A DNA stretch of 61,976 nt, filler included. It is 8 parts of 8 records of this genome, joined end to end, with 100 filler letters (N's around TTAATTAATTAA, not from the genome) between each part and the next. Parts side by side here need not be neighbours in the genome. Positions count along the whole stretch, not along the records: positions 10,774 to 16,370 come from SRR15195285_3083; positions 16,471 to 19,727 come from SRR15195285_3084; positions 19,828 to 26,984 come from SRR15195285_3086; 5 more parts are not named here. One strand, given 5' to 3'. The notes beneath the pieces were generated by a model that saw only the letters and a list, made by a program, of their open reading frames with translations, did no database searches and was not told the origin of the DNA. Every line of letters starts with the position of its first letter. Positions within the stretch are counted from its first letter, which is position 1. A program made the position numbers and the translations under genes. Of this stretch, positions 10,774-22,800 are shown piece after piece.

Positions 10774-13700
10774 AACCCGAGGCCGGGTGGAAAACCCGAC
10801 CGCATCATCGTATATATCCAAGGTCAGCCTAAGAGGTTTAATAAGCTGCACCTTTAAGCTGGAACCTGACGCAGACTCTGGACCTCGCTGCTCCGGGTCC
10901 GGCTCCAGCTCGAGCTCAGGCTCAGGCGCCGGCTCAGGCTCCGACGCGTGAGCCGGGGCAGATGCAATCGCATCCGCCGTGCCCTTCATGAAGTCTCCCA
11001 AGTGTTTCAGTAGTCGCAAGTCACAGTAGCTTATTCTGATAACGAACATTCCAGGGTGGTGAAGACAGACGCTACGTTTTGAATCCTCATTGCGGATTGA
11101 GACGCCTAGACTCAGCGGCTCTGCAACAACCATATGGCGGTTGGTTTTGTGAGAACTACGCAGGTGGTGTGCCCCGCCAACATATGTCCAAAGCGTGAGG
11201 CCTTCTAGTTCGACATCTTGATGATCGGGCACAGTCTTAGCAATGATGGAAAGCTTCTCCATGCCAAGTCTTAGTCCGCTAACCGAGGACTCATTTGGAA
11301 TGAGCAGAGCGACCTTTTCGACGGCAACATCTATTTCCACAGGCAATGGTGGTGCTGCATCTTCCACAGTCACCGCGTTTGGATTGCTGCCTGTAGGCTT
11401 AGTGGCACTGGACGAGGACTGCTGTGCTTTGTCGTCTGGTTTCAATTTGCGGGCATCCATGAACGGATTGTGCAGCGCCCAATCTGCAATTTCTTTCAAA
11501 AAACTTGCTGACACCATTAGATCCAGTCCAATAAGCCGTGCTTTCACACTCATTGGTAGGTTCCTCGGATCTCTCGGAGATGGCTTGTTCAAATCAACGG
11601 TAATACATCCACCATCGTACATCCAAACCAAGATCGCCTTCTCCACATTCTCGTCAGCCAGTACTGCTGCCATGGTGTCTGGAAGCTCTCCGTGCATAAG
11701 CACCATAGAACCAACCGATGCTTTGACCTGCATGCCGCCTAATTCTTGAACCACCTTGGCAGACACATTGTTGATCCTAAAATCGGATACTATCGCTTGG
11801 TCCTCATTATCAGGTACGAGCCTTGCCCCAACTTCCCGAAGATCAAGCGAAATCGTTTGCTTGGTGCGATCTATGACCTTTGCCGGCACTGCTCCTCCTG
11901 CTCCTCCTGCTCCACCTGCTCCTCCTTGGTTCACATTACCCACTGCCGTGCTGGCCTGCCGAGCTTGCAGTGTTTCCAATGCTGATCTAGCCCTTTGCTC
12001 TGTCAATCTCAAAGCTCTAAGCTTTTCCTCGGCAGCCCTGTGCTCCTGTCTTAGTTTTTCAAGCTCTCCGACTGTAACTGAGTCGTCTTGTTCGGCACGA
12101 GTCTCAGCTTCCAGTGCTCGGTCGCAGACTTCAGTCGCTTCCACAACCTTTGCCTCTGCAGTGGTCAACGCAGCCTGCTCTGGATTGACCAATACATCCA
12201 AATAGTGAGTTGCAGCCTCACCAAAGTTGGACAGCTCTTGCAGCAGGCCCATCCGAATTCCTGTGTCAAGGCGCATAATCTCTGCCGCGATAATCGAAAT
12301 TGGCACATAGTCAACTGCATATGGAGATGTGGCCTGTGCGGTCCGCATGTTGACCTTGGTACCTTGGATAAGTAGAGTGTACGTATCGGCGCGTTCGTGT
12401 TCTACTTGTTGGCAATCCACGACATCGAAAGTCTCGAACCCAACCTCCACGTCTTGATCTAACGGACGTTTCGTGACTTTCGCATTCAGACCGAGCAGGT
12501 GAAGTTCCATGAGGTCATCTTGTCCATCATTGTCTGACAGCACTATATGCAAGTCTTCGACGTGAACGACGAGGTCCATCAACTTCCACTCTTTTAGCTC
12601 TCGCTGTGCAAGCTCTGATTTCGTTGGTTCGACGGTCTTGGCTGAAGCTTGGGGCACCTCGCGGAACCCACCCCGCAATGCGCTCTGTGCAGTCGCTTTT
12701 TTGGACGCTCTTCGCCACGCATCTGCTTGCTCAGCTCTGGTCTTCTTCGCCTCGGCCATCTTTGCCTTTGGGGTATCGCCCTCAAACGCAGCCTCGAAGC
12801 TCTCGCTACCCATGAGAATCTTATTCGCGACCTGTCTTGATGGCTTGTCTGCTTCTACTTGTTTCGGCACCGATGGTTTTGACGCATTTTGCACAGCACG
12901 TGATGGCTCAGGAATTTTGATCGAGGCCAGTACCTCGGCGAAGAGGCCTGCCAAGTCTTGAATTTCTCTGTCAGATATTCGAATTTCAGTAGAACTAAAT
13001 TGAAAGCTGCCGATCATCTTTGTCAGCGCTGGATCAAACTTTGTACATACGGACACATCTCCTTGCAGTCTCGCTGAGTCTATGATCACCATCTTTTGCC
13101 CGGTAAATTGCCCACTCAGCTTCCACCACTCCATAAACTCATTTTTCTCTATCGCACCCGAATTATCTGCGTCCAGGGCTGTCCATATCTTTAGAAAACC
13201 CTCATCAGTAGTTCGCTTCCCAAGCAAATGCAACACCGCTTTGAGCTCCGTTTTGTCCAGACTCGCGGAGCTATCCGTGTCCGCCTGTGACCACAGCCAC
13301 TCAACGTATAAGGAAGCCTTGAAATAATCCAGAAACTCTCCAAATTCAATTTCGCCGGACATATCCTCGTCCATACTTCGCATGTGCTTTTGGATTTCTT
13401 CCTCGGTGAGTCCGTCGTTTGATATAGCACTCAAAAGCTTGCGGATCTCGCCCATTGAGAGACTGCCACTGTTGTCTTTGGCGTACGTGCACCACAAGTG
13501 AAGAATCTGTTTGTGCTGAGCAAAGTATGTGTTGGTTGGGCAGTAGTAAACTTCCGCGCCGAGTGTGGAGACCTTTGATACGTCATAGTCACCCAAAGCG
13601 TCCTTACTTGTCGCCACAGTGATTCTACCAGTGTCGACCACAAGAACAATGGGATCTGCGTCATCGAGGGTGAACTTTTGTGGTAGGCAAAGCACTGGCC

Positions 13701-16136
13701 CACCAATGGCAAAGTGCGCAGACACTCGGTTCTCAGTCGCTTGCTCCATCTCTAGACCTTCTGCAGCGGCACTCATCTGCAGCATGTAATTATCGTAGAG
13801 CTCGTTGAACGCGTTCGCAGCTTTCAACTTCGTTTCCGTGAAGTCCGCGTCTTTGCCGTGAAAATCGGCGAAGTTCTGGAGCACTGGCAACATGTTGTAA
13901 TTTGCGACGATCTGTAGCGGTTGCATGTCCAGTTCCACTGAAACAGTCTGCTGAATCTTTTCAATTGGAGCTGCTGCCCCATCTTCAACCTTCTTCGTGA
14001 TTTTTTTCCCTATCTGGAATTTGAACACTGGCTGGTCGCTCGCCCCAGAATCATGGCGTTGGATGATATTCGGGAAGATAGGATTGTGCGTGAACTTATC
14101 GTGCACTGTTAGGCTGTGGATGCTGACAGCAGCTCCACCCCCACCGTTTCCGAACATATGAGCTTCGATGCTAAACTGGTCGACAATGAGGTGGATCAAC
14201 GAGGCTGACTGTTGGCTAAGCTCAAAAGCGATCCGCTCGTTCAGTAGCTTAACTTTCGCGAAGCTGACATCGGGTTTGAACTCAATTGCATCGCGTAGCC
14301 TGAAGGCCGCGCGTGGATCTACCATCTCGATTTGTGCAAGTGTCATCTTTCGAGGCTGCCCTTGTTTCTCTTGCTCCAGGTCGTACTTTAAGAGTCTGTG
14401 CCAAGCAACGCTACGCAACGCGACAATCATATCGAAAGTGTGAGCGTCTTCGAGTTCTGTCATGAATTCCTGCTCTGCTTCAGTGAGATCTTTCAGGTGC
14501 GGCCGCCCATTGCGACTGTGGCGCTCGTACAAGCTCACGTAGGCCTGCACCGTGCGCAAGGTATGTTGGACATTCCGAAGGTTCCTTCTTTCGTAATTGT
14601 TCCGCACTTGCGTCACGATGCAGCGTCCAGCAAACTTCCACCACTCGCGCGCATTGATTCCACCCGATGGCGGATAATCCGGGCGGCCACCGAACTCGCG
14701 CCAACGGTAAATATTTTGCATCCAGGAAACAAGATTAAACCCAATCGATGCGTGCTTTTGACGCAGGTGCGTCTCGATTCCTGTAAAGTGAACTTCAACC
14801 TCGTTGCTGGAGCCATGCTGCCCGTGCCATATCCGGCTTTGCTCAGGCGCATTATGTTTCTCCTTGTCTATCGACAACTGCACCTCCATTGACATGGGAC
14901 CAAAGGCATACATCATTCCCTGTGCTGCGCGACCATCCCGCGCGATTGCGTCCCACATCTGCGTTATCCAGGCGTCGCTCCCTGGATCATCATACGGCTG
15001 TTCGCCGGTGTTAATGTACAACGCAAGGCCCGACTGATTCAGTGGAGAGGTGTCATGCTCAGACCGTGGCGCCTGACCTTGTAGCGCTTGACCAATCGTA
15101 AACATCTTGTTGAGATACCGCTGCTCCTCTTCCACAAACTTCTTCTGCCACTCCCCAGTAGTCAGGTCAACGAAGAAGGACCTGAGTTCAATACTGTCAA
15201 TCGTAAGGCCAGCGGCAAACGCACTCGAGACCTCTGTCTCCCATGTGGTGCGCTGCGAAGAGACGCGGTCCTCATATCGTACATGGATATCCTGGATTGT
15301 GACCTGAATATTATCCATGATTTTTTGCAGGTATTTCGCTGCCATGCCCTTAGATTCTTCATCGTCATCATCTTCTTCATCCTTTGCCTGTGCCCATGCT
15401 TTGTCATGCCCTTCAAGCTTGCTGCGGAGCATGGTCTTCGGGTCGATATCAGGGCTCGGCGCCAAAGTTGCATAAACCTGACTGAGCTCCACCACGATCG
15501 GCTTTGTCTTGAGGTTTTGGAAAGGGATGTCGAGAGTCAAGCTGCCGACGTACGAGGCCACGAGCTCCAGCGGAAGGTTGAGCGTGTGAAAGAACTCCTT
15601 TCTCAGCCGCAGATTCGACAGCTCAACCCTGCCCTGGCTCATACTAAAATGGAAATCGTCCGCGTTGATTCCCTCGATGAAATCTCCGAGGGCCTTGTTC
15701 AGTACTTTTGCGATAGTACCTCGCATCCCTACACGCGGGCAGTGCGCGCGGCAGCGATGTCAGAGAATTGGATGGTCGAGAGCAGCATGACAACGCAGGC
15801 GAACTACGGTGCACTTTTCTGACCTGACGCCACCTTATCGGTCAGTCTGTCCTTAAACGAGAGCTTGACTTGTTTTTGCTGGCCCATGCGCTCGCGCGCT
15901 TTGTTGGCCGAACGCTGGGAGCTCTTCAGCAGTCCGCCAGGCGTCCTGAGTGGCGTCGTCGGCGGCGTACTCTCGCCCTTTGGCGACACCACTGGCGACT
16001 TTGTGTCGGGCATGTTTATGCCTTCAGCGCGCATCAGCTCCGCCTTGTCGGCCTTCTCCGCTGCCAGCTTTCTCTCCTTCTTCGTCATCTTCTTCTTGTC
16101 TTCCTTCTCTTCGCCTTTTTTCCCGCGCTTAAACAT
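10774..16136 (-). CDS. VPS13: VPS13-family bridge-like lipid transfer protein, N-terminal part (3' truncated by contig end), with an internal 4x EF-hand module
   Basis: Chorein_N signature IAKVLNKALGDFIEG...GRVELSNLRLR...VGSLTLDIPFQNLKTKPIVVEL...IMDNIQVTIQDIHVRYED, plus WWKFAGRCI. The Lys-rich ORF 16136-15804 joins in frame through a phase-1 GT-AG intron (donor 15823 or 15814, CTGAC branch, acceptor 15729). If that exon is not used, the start is 15726. Confidence 0.88.
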
Positions 16137-16348
16137 CGCGCCGGTGGGTCTCGCCCACGCCTGCGCTCCGCTTCAGCGCACGGAGTGTGGCCGTCGCACC
16201 AGCAGGGATCCTATCCTGCTGCCGTTCTCACCATCCTGACCACCGCAGCCACAGCTCACACCTGCTAAGAAACGAACTTGCGGCGCGCACCTCCGGACAG
16301 TAGCTGACACATCCGCCGCATGTGCAGTCCAGCAGCGGCGGCAGAAGC

Positions 16349-16370
16349 AGCAGCAGCAGCAGCAGCAGCA
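16349..16370 (+). repeat. (CAG)n microsatellite at contig end, possibly a poly-Ala N-terminus of a truncated divergent gene
   Basis: cagcagcagc... runs into the spacer; the ATG at 16320 reads MCSPAAAAEAAAAA. Confidence 0.7.
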
Positions 16371-16470
16371 NNNNNNNNNNNNNNNNNNNNNNNNNNNNNN
16401 NNNNNNNNNNNNNNTTAATTAATTAANNNNNNNNNNNNNNNNNNNNNNNNNNNNNNNNNNNNNNNNNNNN
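16371..16470. other. Artificial contig-joining spacer
   Basis: N44-TTAATTAATTAA-N44. Confidence 0.98.
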
Positions 16471-17446
16471 TGGCCTCTAGATCCTCTCAACGAAGGTGGC
16501 AAATATTTGCTGCTGCGCCAAGTGATACCAACGTCTCCTCCTACCCTAGGTCCTGCATTTTGGGCAAAGGATCCTGGTGCAGGTTTTTCTGAAACAAACA
16601 AGCGGCTTGGGATTCGTACCCTGGCACAAATGCCGCAAGAGACGCGCACCGACATTTCGGCACTGCTGTTGGGTGCACGGCCATGCCCTAAGAATGCCAC
16701 CAAGTGCGAGTTCTGCGAAGATGGCTGCCAAGATCTTCGCGAAGCCGCACTGGGCAATGCGCCGTGCAAGCTGGCAGATCCAGGCGGTCCGTGGATCGAA
16801 CGAACACATTGGCGTGTGCCTGGAACGCAGGAGGACGTCCTCGTGTACCGGGCGGAGGGGCAAGTATTATGCTTCTCGCAGAGAAGCGGTGGAAACCGTG
16901 GCAACTGGAGCGCACCAAGCTCGACTAGGCTAACAGATATACACAGCAACATGAACGCCGGTACATTACCCGATGGGCGCATCTACCTTCTTCACAACCC
17001 AATTTTGGGAAAGACTGAGAGAGACCCGCTGGTTCTGTCGCTCAGCACAGACGGCTTCAACTTTGATCAAGCCTTTGTGGCCCTGAGCTGTCGGTTGCAA
17101 CCGGTTGCACCTATCAATACGTCGTGTCCGAACGCAGTCTCATGCCCCCATCTAGGATGCAAACGACGCAACCCTGGGGGCGGATCTCCAGGCCCTCAGT
17201 ACCTACTCCATCCAATCTTTGCATTCGCCATGCACTTATCTGACCAAAAACTCAAGTCTCAACGAAGTTTCTGCATGCAGAATACGTTGCGTTGTTGCCT
17301 GTGCAGCTGGCTGAACGGTTGCGCGGCGCAGGTACTCGCAAGGTCTAGTGCATGAAGATAATCTATATATCATCATGAGCATGAACAAAGAGGACATATG
17401 GGTCGAGCGGATACCGATCAGCGCGTTGAAGAAGAAGGCTGATTGA
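16471..17446 (+). CDS. BNR/Asp-box (sialidase-like beta-propeller) protein, 5' truncated
   Basis: The frame is open from the contig start (WPLDPLNEGG...). Motifs SNMNAGTLPDGRIYLLHNP and RDPLVLSLSTDGFNFD (Asp-box). Intron 17199-17331 gives PQYSQGLVHEDNLYIIMSMNKEDIWV...KAD*. Confidence 0.75.
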
Positions 17447-17544
17447 GGTGTACCACAATGAGTTCGCAAGACGTCGCAACTACGTGTACGCCGTGGTGGT
17501 GCTATGTTTGGAAAGGGAAAACGAAATGGTATTGTCGGCCACCA

Positions 17545-18888
17545 TCATAAGATATTGACGCCCGCCTGCTCAGCAACACCACGAGCAGCTGAGGCCTCAT
17601 CCTTCATGTCTGTCGCGCCGATCCGGTTGCGATCGCGTTAGTCTGGGTGCTAGTAAGCAGGGGGGGACTATAAATGTGTAAGTGGCCACGCACCAAGTTT
17701 CTCCAACATCTTGATGAGAGTTGAGTGCGACTTGATGCACAGCGGGTTAGCCTGAATGGCCCGCCGCAAGGTCGCAATGGCCAGCCTCGTGTCACCACGC
17801 GCCTCCGCAGCGAGCTCAAGTTTCAGCAGGATCTCCGCGTTCGTAGGGTCTAGCAATAGCGCTGATTTAAGTAAGCTCGTCGCGCTGGCGAGTTTCTGTT
17901 TTGCCGCTGGCCGTGTATGAAATCTACGCTTCGCCAGGTCTATCCACTCCGCGAGCAGATCGGAGGCATTGTGATATAAGTCGTACGCGGAACCAGGCAC
18001 GTTCTCGACGGAGTGCTCTGTGATCGCCACCGCGTCACCGACGCACGAGGTGGCGTGCCAGAATCCTTCGGGAACATAAAGAAGCTCCCCTGGTTTCTGG
18101 ACACACTGGTAGGATGATGGAACTGTAAGGTCGGCGTCCACCTTCTTATTCTGCCGAGAAACTAACCACTGCTCAAGCGTCTCGGAAAGTAGGAACCCTG
18201 ACGACGGCATGCGGCCAGGAGGAAATACGACCCACAGCTTTGCACCATGAAGTTGTACGCTGTATGCATCGCCATGCCAATGAAAAGGGATCCCCTGCTT
18301 ATCCCCACCAAGCGCGATCGTGATGATACCCGCCGGATCTGTTGAGTCTCGGTACCGTCCTGTTTTTGCAAGCCCGGGAGCTGTGCGCCAGTTTCGATCT
18401 AGACCGGTCTCCTTGAGGAATTCGCCCGTGTCGAAGAGGTACTCGCCGTTTGCCGGCGGAAGTGATTCGACGTACTCCGACAGGGAGGCTTTCGTCGAGC
18501 TGCCTGGCTGCCATAGGTTGCGGAACCGGTCCAAGTTTACGTGTACGTGCCCGTGCTCGCGCAATAGCACCGAGCGCTGCGTGCGCGCGCGGAGCGTCTC
18601 AAGGGCTCCACTACTTGTCCAATGGAGAATCGCAGGCTTCTTCAGATAGAATTCGAGTGTGAAACGAGCCTCCCACTCCGTCTCGTTTAGACGCTCGATC
18701 GTGCAGGTGCTGCTGTTGACCAGAGCCACGCGCTCAGGTGGTGGTCCGCGCCACTCGGGACCTGTCGAGAAGTTAATGGACACACCAGCGAGCAAAGCAG
18801 CCCCGAGAATGGCTCCGCCGCTAAGAATCTGCGACGTTCCTCTGCCTCCTTTATCGCCCTCCCGCTTCCTTCCTGGGCGCGTTGACAT
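17545..18888 (-). CDS. JMJD8-like JmjC (cupin) protein with N-terminal hydrophobic anchor and C-terminal TPR-like helices (~419 aa)
   Basis: GIPFHWHGDAYSVQLHGAKLWVVFPP and CVQKPGELLYVPEGFWHAT. The HxH motif resembles JMJD8. Intron 17693-17610 (GTGCGT, ACTAAC branch, CAG) adds DMKDEASAARGVAEQAGVNIL*. Confidence 0.8.
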
Positions 18889-19727
18889 CGTACAGGAATC
18901 GGATGCCTGCTTTCAACTGGTCGATGTCACGGCATGACCGCGCGTGGCGCACCCAGCACGTCTAGTCTGACGCACTACTGTACGCATGATACCAGCACCA
19001 CGCGCACAGTCTAGCTCGAGCTCTGACGAGCGGTGCAGATAGTTGCCGAGAGCGATCAGTGGGGAGACGGCAACAGCCTGGATGCTGTACTGCTCCGTCG
19101 GCTACTGGTACGTGTTCGCTGCCAACCCGCCGTGATGATCTAGTGATGTGGACAGTGATATCACCACATGCAGCGAGCGCGCGTGAAGCCCGCGGCCGCG
19201 GCCCCGGCGGCGGTCCGGGATCGATCGTCGGGCGCGAGCTGTGACCGGAGAGTCGTACGTAGGAGGATGATTGATGATACTATTATAGATCTAGTACTAT
19301 TCATACTACAGTAATCAGTATGCCAACTATGAATAGGACATGTAATGCAGAAACTGTACAGTTTACTATAGGGTCCTAGTATACTTTCTAGGATCCTACA
19401 CTACTCTCTCTACTACTATATACTATAGCTATCTCTAGAGGTACTTGAGTAGTGGGAAGTTCCTACTACAGTACCAGTAGTACTGACTACTTCGTTCCTT
19501 TGCATGATTCATAATCGGAACAACGACTGAACTTAGATCTATCATAGTACGAACTTCCTCTCTCTGAGCTAGAGTACTACAGTACTAGATCTAGTACCGG
19601 TACTACTATTATAGTAGGGTACAGTAGTACCGCGGTACAGCGAATCGTAGGTCTGTCTATGAGTGTCTCAGTGCCAGTGCATTCCTGGGAACTCATACTA
19701 CATAGCCCATATATGATCGGTGCCAAT

Positions 19728-19827
19728 NNNNNNNNNNNNNNNNNNNNNNNNNNNNNNNNNNNNNNNNNNNNTTAATTAATTAANNNNNNNNNNNNNNNNN
19801 NNNNNNNNNNNNNNNNNNNNNNNNNNN
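19728..19827. other. Artificial contig-joining spacer
   Basis: N44-TTAATTAATTAA-N44. Confidence 0.98.
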
Positions 19828-22800
19828 GTGTCGTCTGGGGCAGCGAGAGCTCCACGAACTGGAACCCTCGGATCGAGATTTACAAGGATTCCAAGACAGC
19901 GCAGAAGGCTCTAAACTCGCCGATGAAAAGGCCTGACTCGCCAGTTGCAAAGAAGGGACCCGAGGTGCTGTACCTGCTAAGCAGCGCACAAGTGCACAAG
20001 GAGACTGAAGACAAGTACAAAACCGTCCTGCTTGCGTTCAGGCAAGCTGGGGAGGCAAGTCAGGGGGAGGGGGACGAGCCCATGCGGATTCGGCTGGATG
20101 ACAAGGAGAAACTCAGTGGGTCGGCTACACCTGCCAAACATTTCCAGGACGCGATCACGAACGCCATGACACCCCCGCCGGAGCCTGAGCCGGACACACT
20201 GACCGAGACAGATCCGTCGGAATTGTCACCGCGAAGCTCCTTGTCCACCTCAGACTTCGGCTCGTCGGAGTGGGAGATGGTGATTGAGAACGATGCGGCC
20301 TCAAGGATCCAGGCCGCCAGACGAGGGCAGCTGGCTCGCCGGAGGATGCGCCAGACGGAGCTAGGGCACCAACTCAAGGACGACACCACCTATGCGTTGG
20401 TGGCGCTTTTGCCCCGGGACAACACGGCAGATCGTGATTTATCGGAGCGGCTCGACGAGTCACGGGCATCGCTGCACAGTAGCTCGACAGCGAACGCTTC
20501 CGGCCCATTGCTCTTCAACGACGGGAAATCCGTGGACAAGCTTGAGCAAGAGCAGAAAGCCATGCGAGCGATCGACAAGGCGAAACAGGACGAGATAGAT
20601 CGCCTCCAGGGTGAGGTTACGGAATGGGATATGTCCATCGAGTTGAATAAGCAGCGGGCACAGGACGAGGAAATCAAACGACTCAGGGAGGAGGTGGCGC
20701 AACGAGAGCAAGACTTTGCGGCGCTGCTTGAAGAGCGGGAACGAGAAAACGAGAGGCGCATCGCTGCAGAGAAGACGGCAGAAGAGGAGCGCTTGCGGCG
20801 TCAGCAAGAGGCTGAAGCAGCCGCGAAGATCCGAGAAGCTGAGAATGAGGTTCAGGCCCTCGCGAAGGCTCGGCAGAGGGCCGAAGAGGCTGCGAAGGTT
20901 CGCCAGCTACAGGAAGCAGAGCTTGCTATCACGCAAGCGAAAGTAGCGGAAGAGGCGCGACTGTTGGCAGAACAAGAGGCACTAGAGCACGCGCGGCGAG
21001 TGGCTGAGGCGGAGGCTGCACGCATCAAAGCAGAAGCTGAGGCAGCGAAGGCACGGCATCAGCAGCTGAGGAATTCCGCTGCAGTTCAGATCCAGAAGGT
21101 CGAACGGGGCCGACAAGCGAGAGCAAGGCTGACTCAGGAGCAACAAAAGAAGATAGAGAGACGCAAACTGTGGCAGCTGCCTTTGCGGGAACGACGTAGG
21201 CAATGGGAGCTGCGGTTGGCCACCGAAAAGGAGGCAGCTCTCGCGCAGAAGCGGCGCCGTGAACAGCATAGAGCTGCGGCAAAGATTCAGGCAAGATGGC
21301 GCGGCATTGTGACACGACGGATCGTAACACCACTCATCCTACAGGTGCGGGAAGAAGAGCGAGTTCGCAAACGACGTGAAGAAGAGAGGCTGCTGCGAGA
21401 GCGGCAAGAGCGCGAGAACAATAAAGCCGCAGCACGAATCCAGGCGATACAGCGCGGCAAGAACGAAAGACGGCGGGTGGATGAGCTGCGAAAGCAGCGT
21501 GCAGCAGAGGAAGTCGCGAGACAAGAGCGCCTTCGGGTCGAGGCGGAGGAGCAAGCAGAGCAGGATGCTGCTGCGCGTCGCATTCAAGCGATCCAGCGTG
21601 GCAAGCAGACCAGAGCTGCGCAACAGGCAGCGAAGGAAGCCCGGCTCGAACGTCAGGCCCGCCGTGAACACGACTCAATCGCACGTGTTCAGGCGATGCA
21701 GCGTGGCAAGATCGGCCGACGTGAGGTAGTCAAGCAACGGGACAACAAGCAGAGACGAGACGAAGAGACAGCCGCAGTACGGATCCAAGCTATGCACCGC
21801 GGAAAAATAGGGCGGCGACTATCACCACGGCGTCGTCTCGAACCACGCATTGCTGCCCGCACCAAGCACATGGAGCAGATGTCGACAGACCTCCCGGGCC
21901 AGTGGGTCTTGATCGAAGGTGGCGAGGTCGGCCAAGTGCTGCACGTGCAGAAGCGTCCAGACTCGGCACCGCCTGAGGTGCGCATGAAAATGGAAAATGG
22001 CAAGGAAGTATGGCGTGGTTTGGCTCAGGTAGCAAAGCTTTATGGCGATAAGAAACCAGGTGCACGCAGTATGGCTGGGGCAATTCACCTCGCCGTAGAA
22101 ACGGAGAAGATTGCGCGTCGAATCTCTCCTCAACGAGCCCGGCCTGGTCCCGGAAGTGGCCAGGACGGGTCTGCAAAGGGCGGTGGAGGAAAAGGAGGCA
22201 CTGTGCCGGTCGGGTCGATTTTTCACTTGCTTCCGGAGGCAGATCAGAATATGCAGTCGCGGATCAACACTCGAGTGCAACACCTTGGTCCTGGACTAGA
22301 CCATGCAGACCGACATGATGGGGCACCGGATGGGTACGAGTGGGAGACTGAATCGGAGTTACCTGACACACCGGATTCGTACAGTCGTCACGCACATAGA
22401 AATTTGCAGCACCAGCACCATGATGACCGTAGTCGTGCGTCACCACCACGCGTTCATACTCATGGAGCGTACCACCTCTCGTCGAAAGCAAGAATGCAAC
22501 GTGAGCATGCTGCGGTACTGCACCAGATTCGACAAATCATGCAGTCACAGCGTAGGTTGAACGGCAAGTCTATTTCAGACAGCAGGGCGGTGTTCTTGGC
22601 TATGGATCGTGACAACTCTGGTACCTTAGACCCGGGTGAGTTTGCAGACGCAATGCGTCGGCTCGGTCTCGGCCTTTCACCACAGCAAGTCGGTAGCCTC
22701 GCGCGAGCCCTTGACAGTGATGGCGACGGTGCTATTGACTACGAAGAGCTGCTTGATTATCTCCACGGTAATGTTCCTGTTCCAGGACCAAATGACTTTG

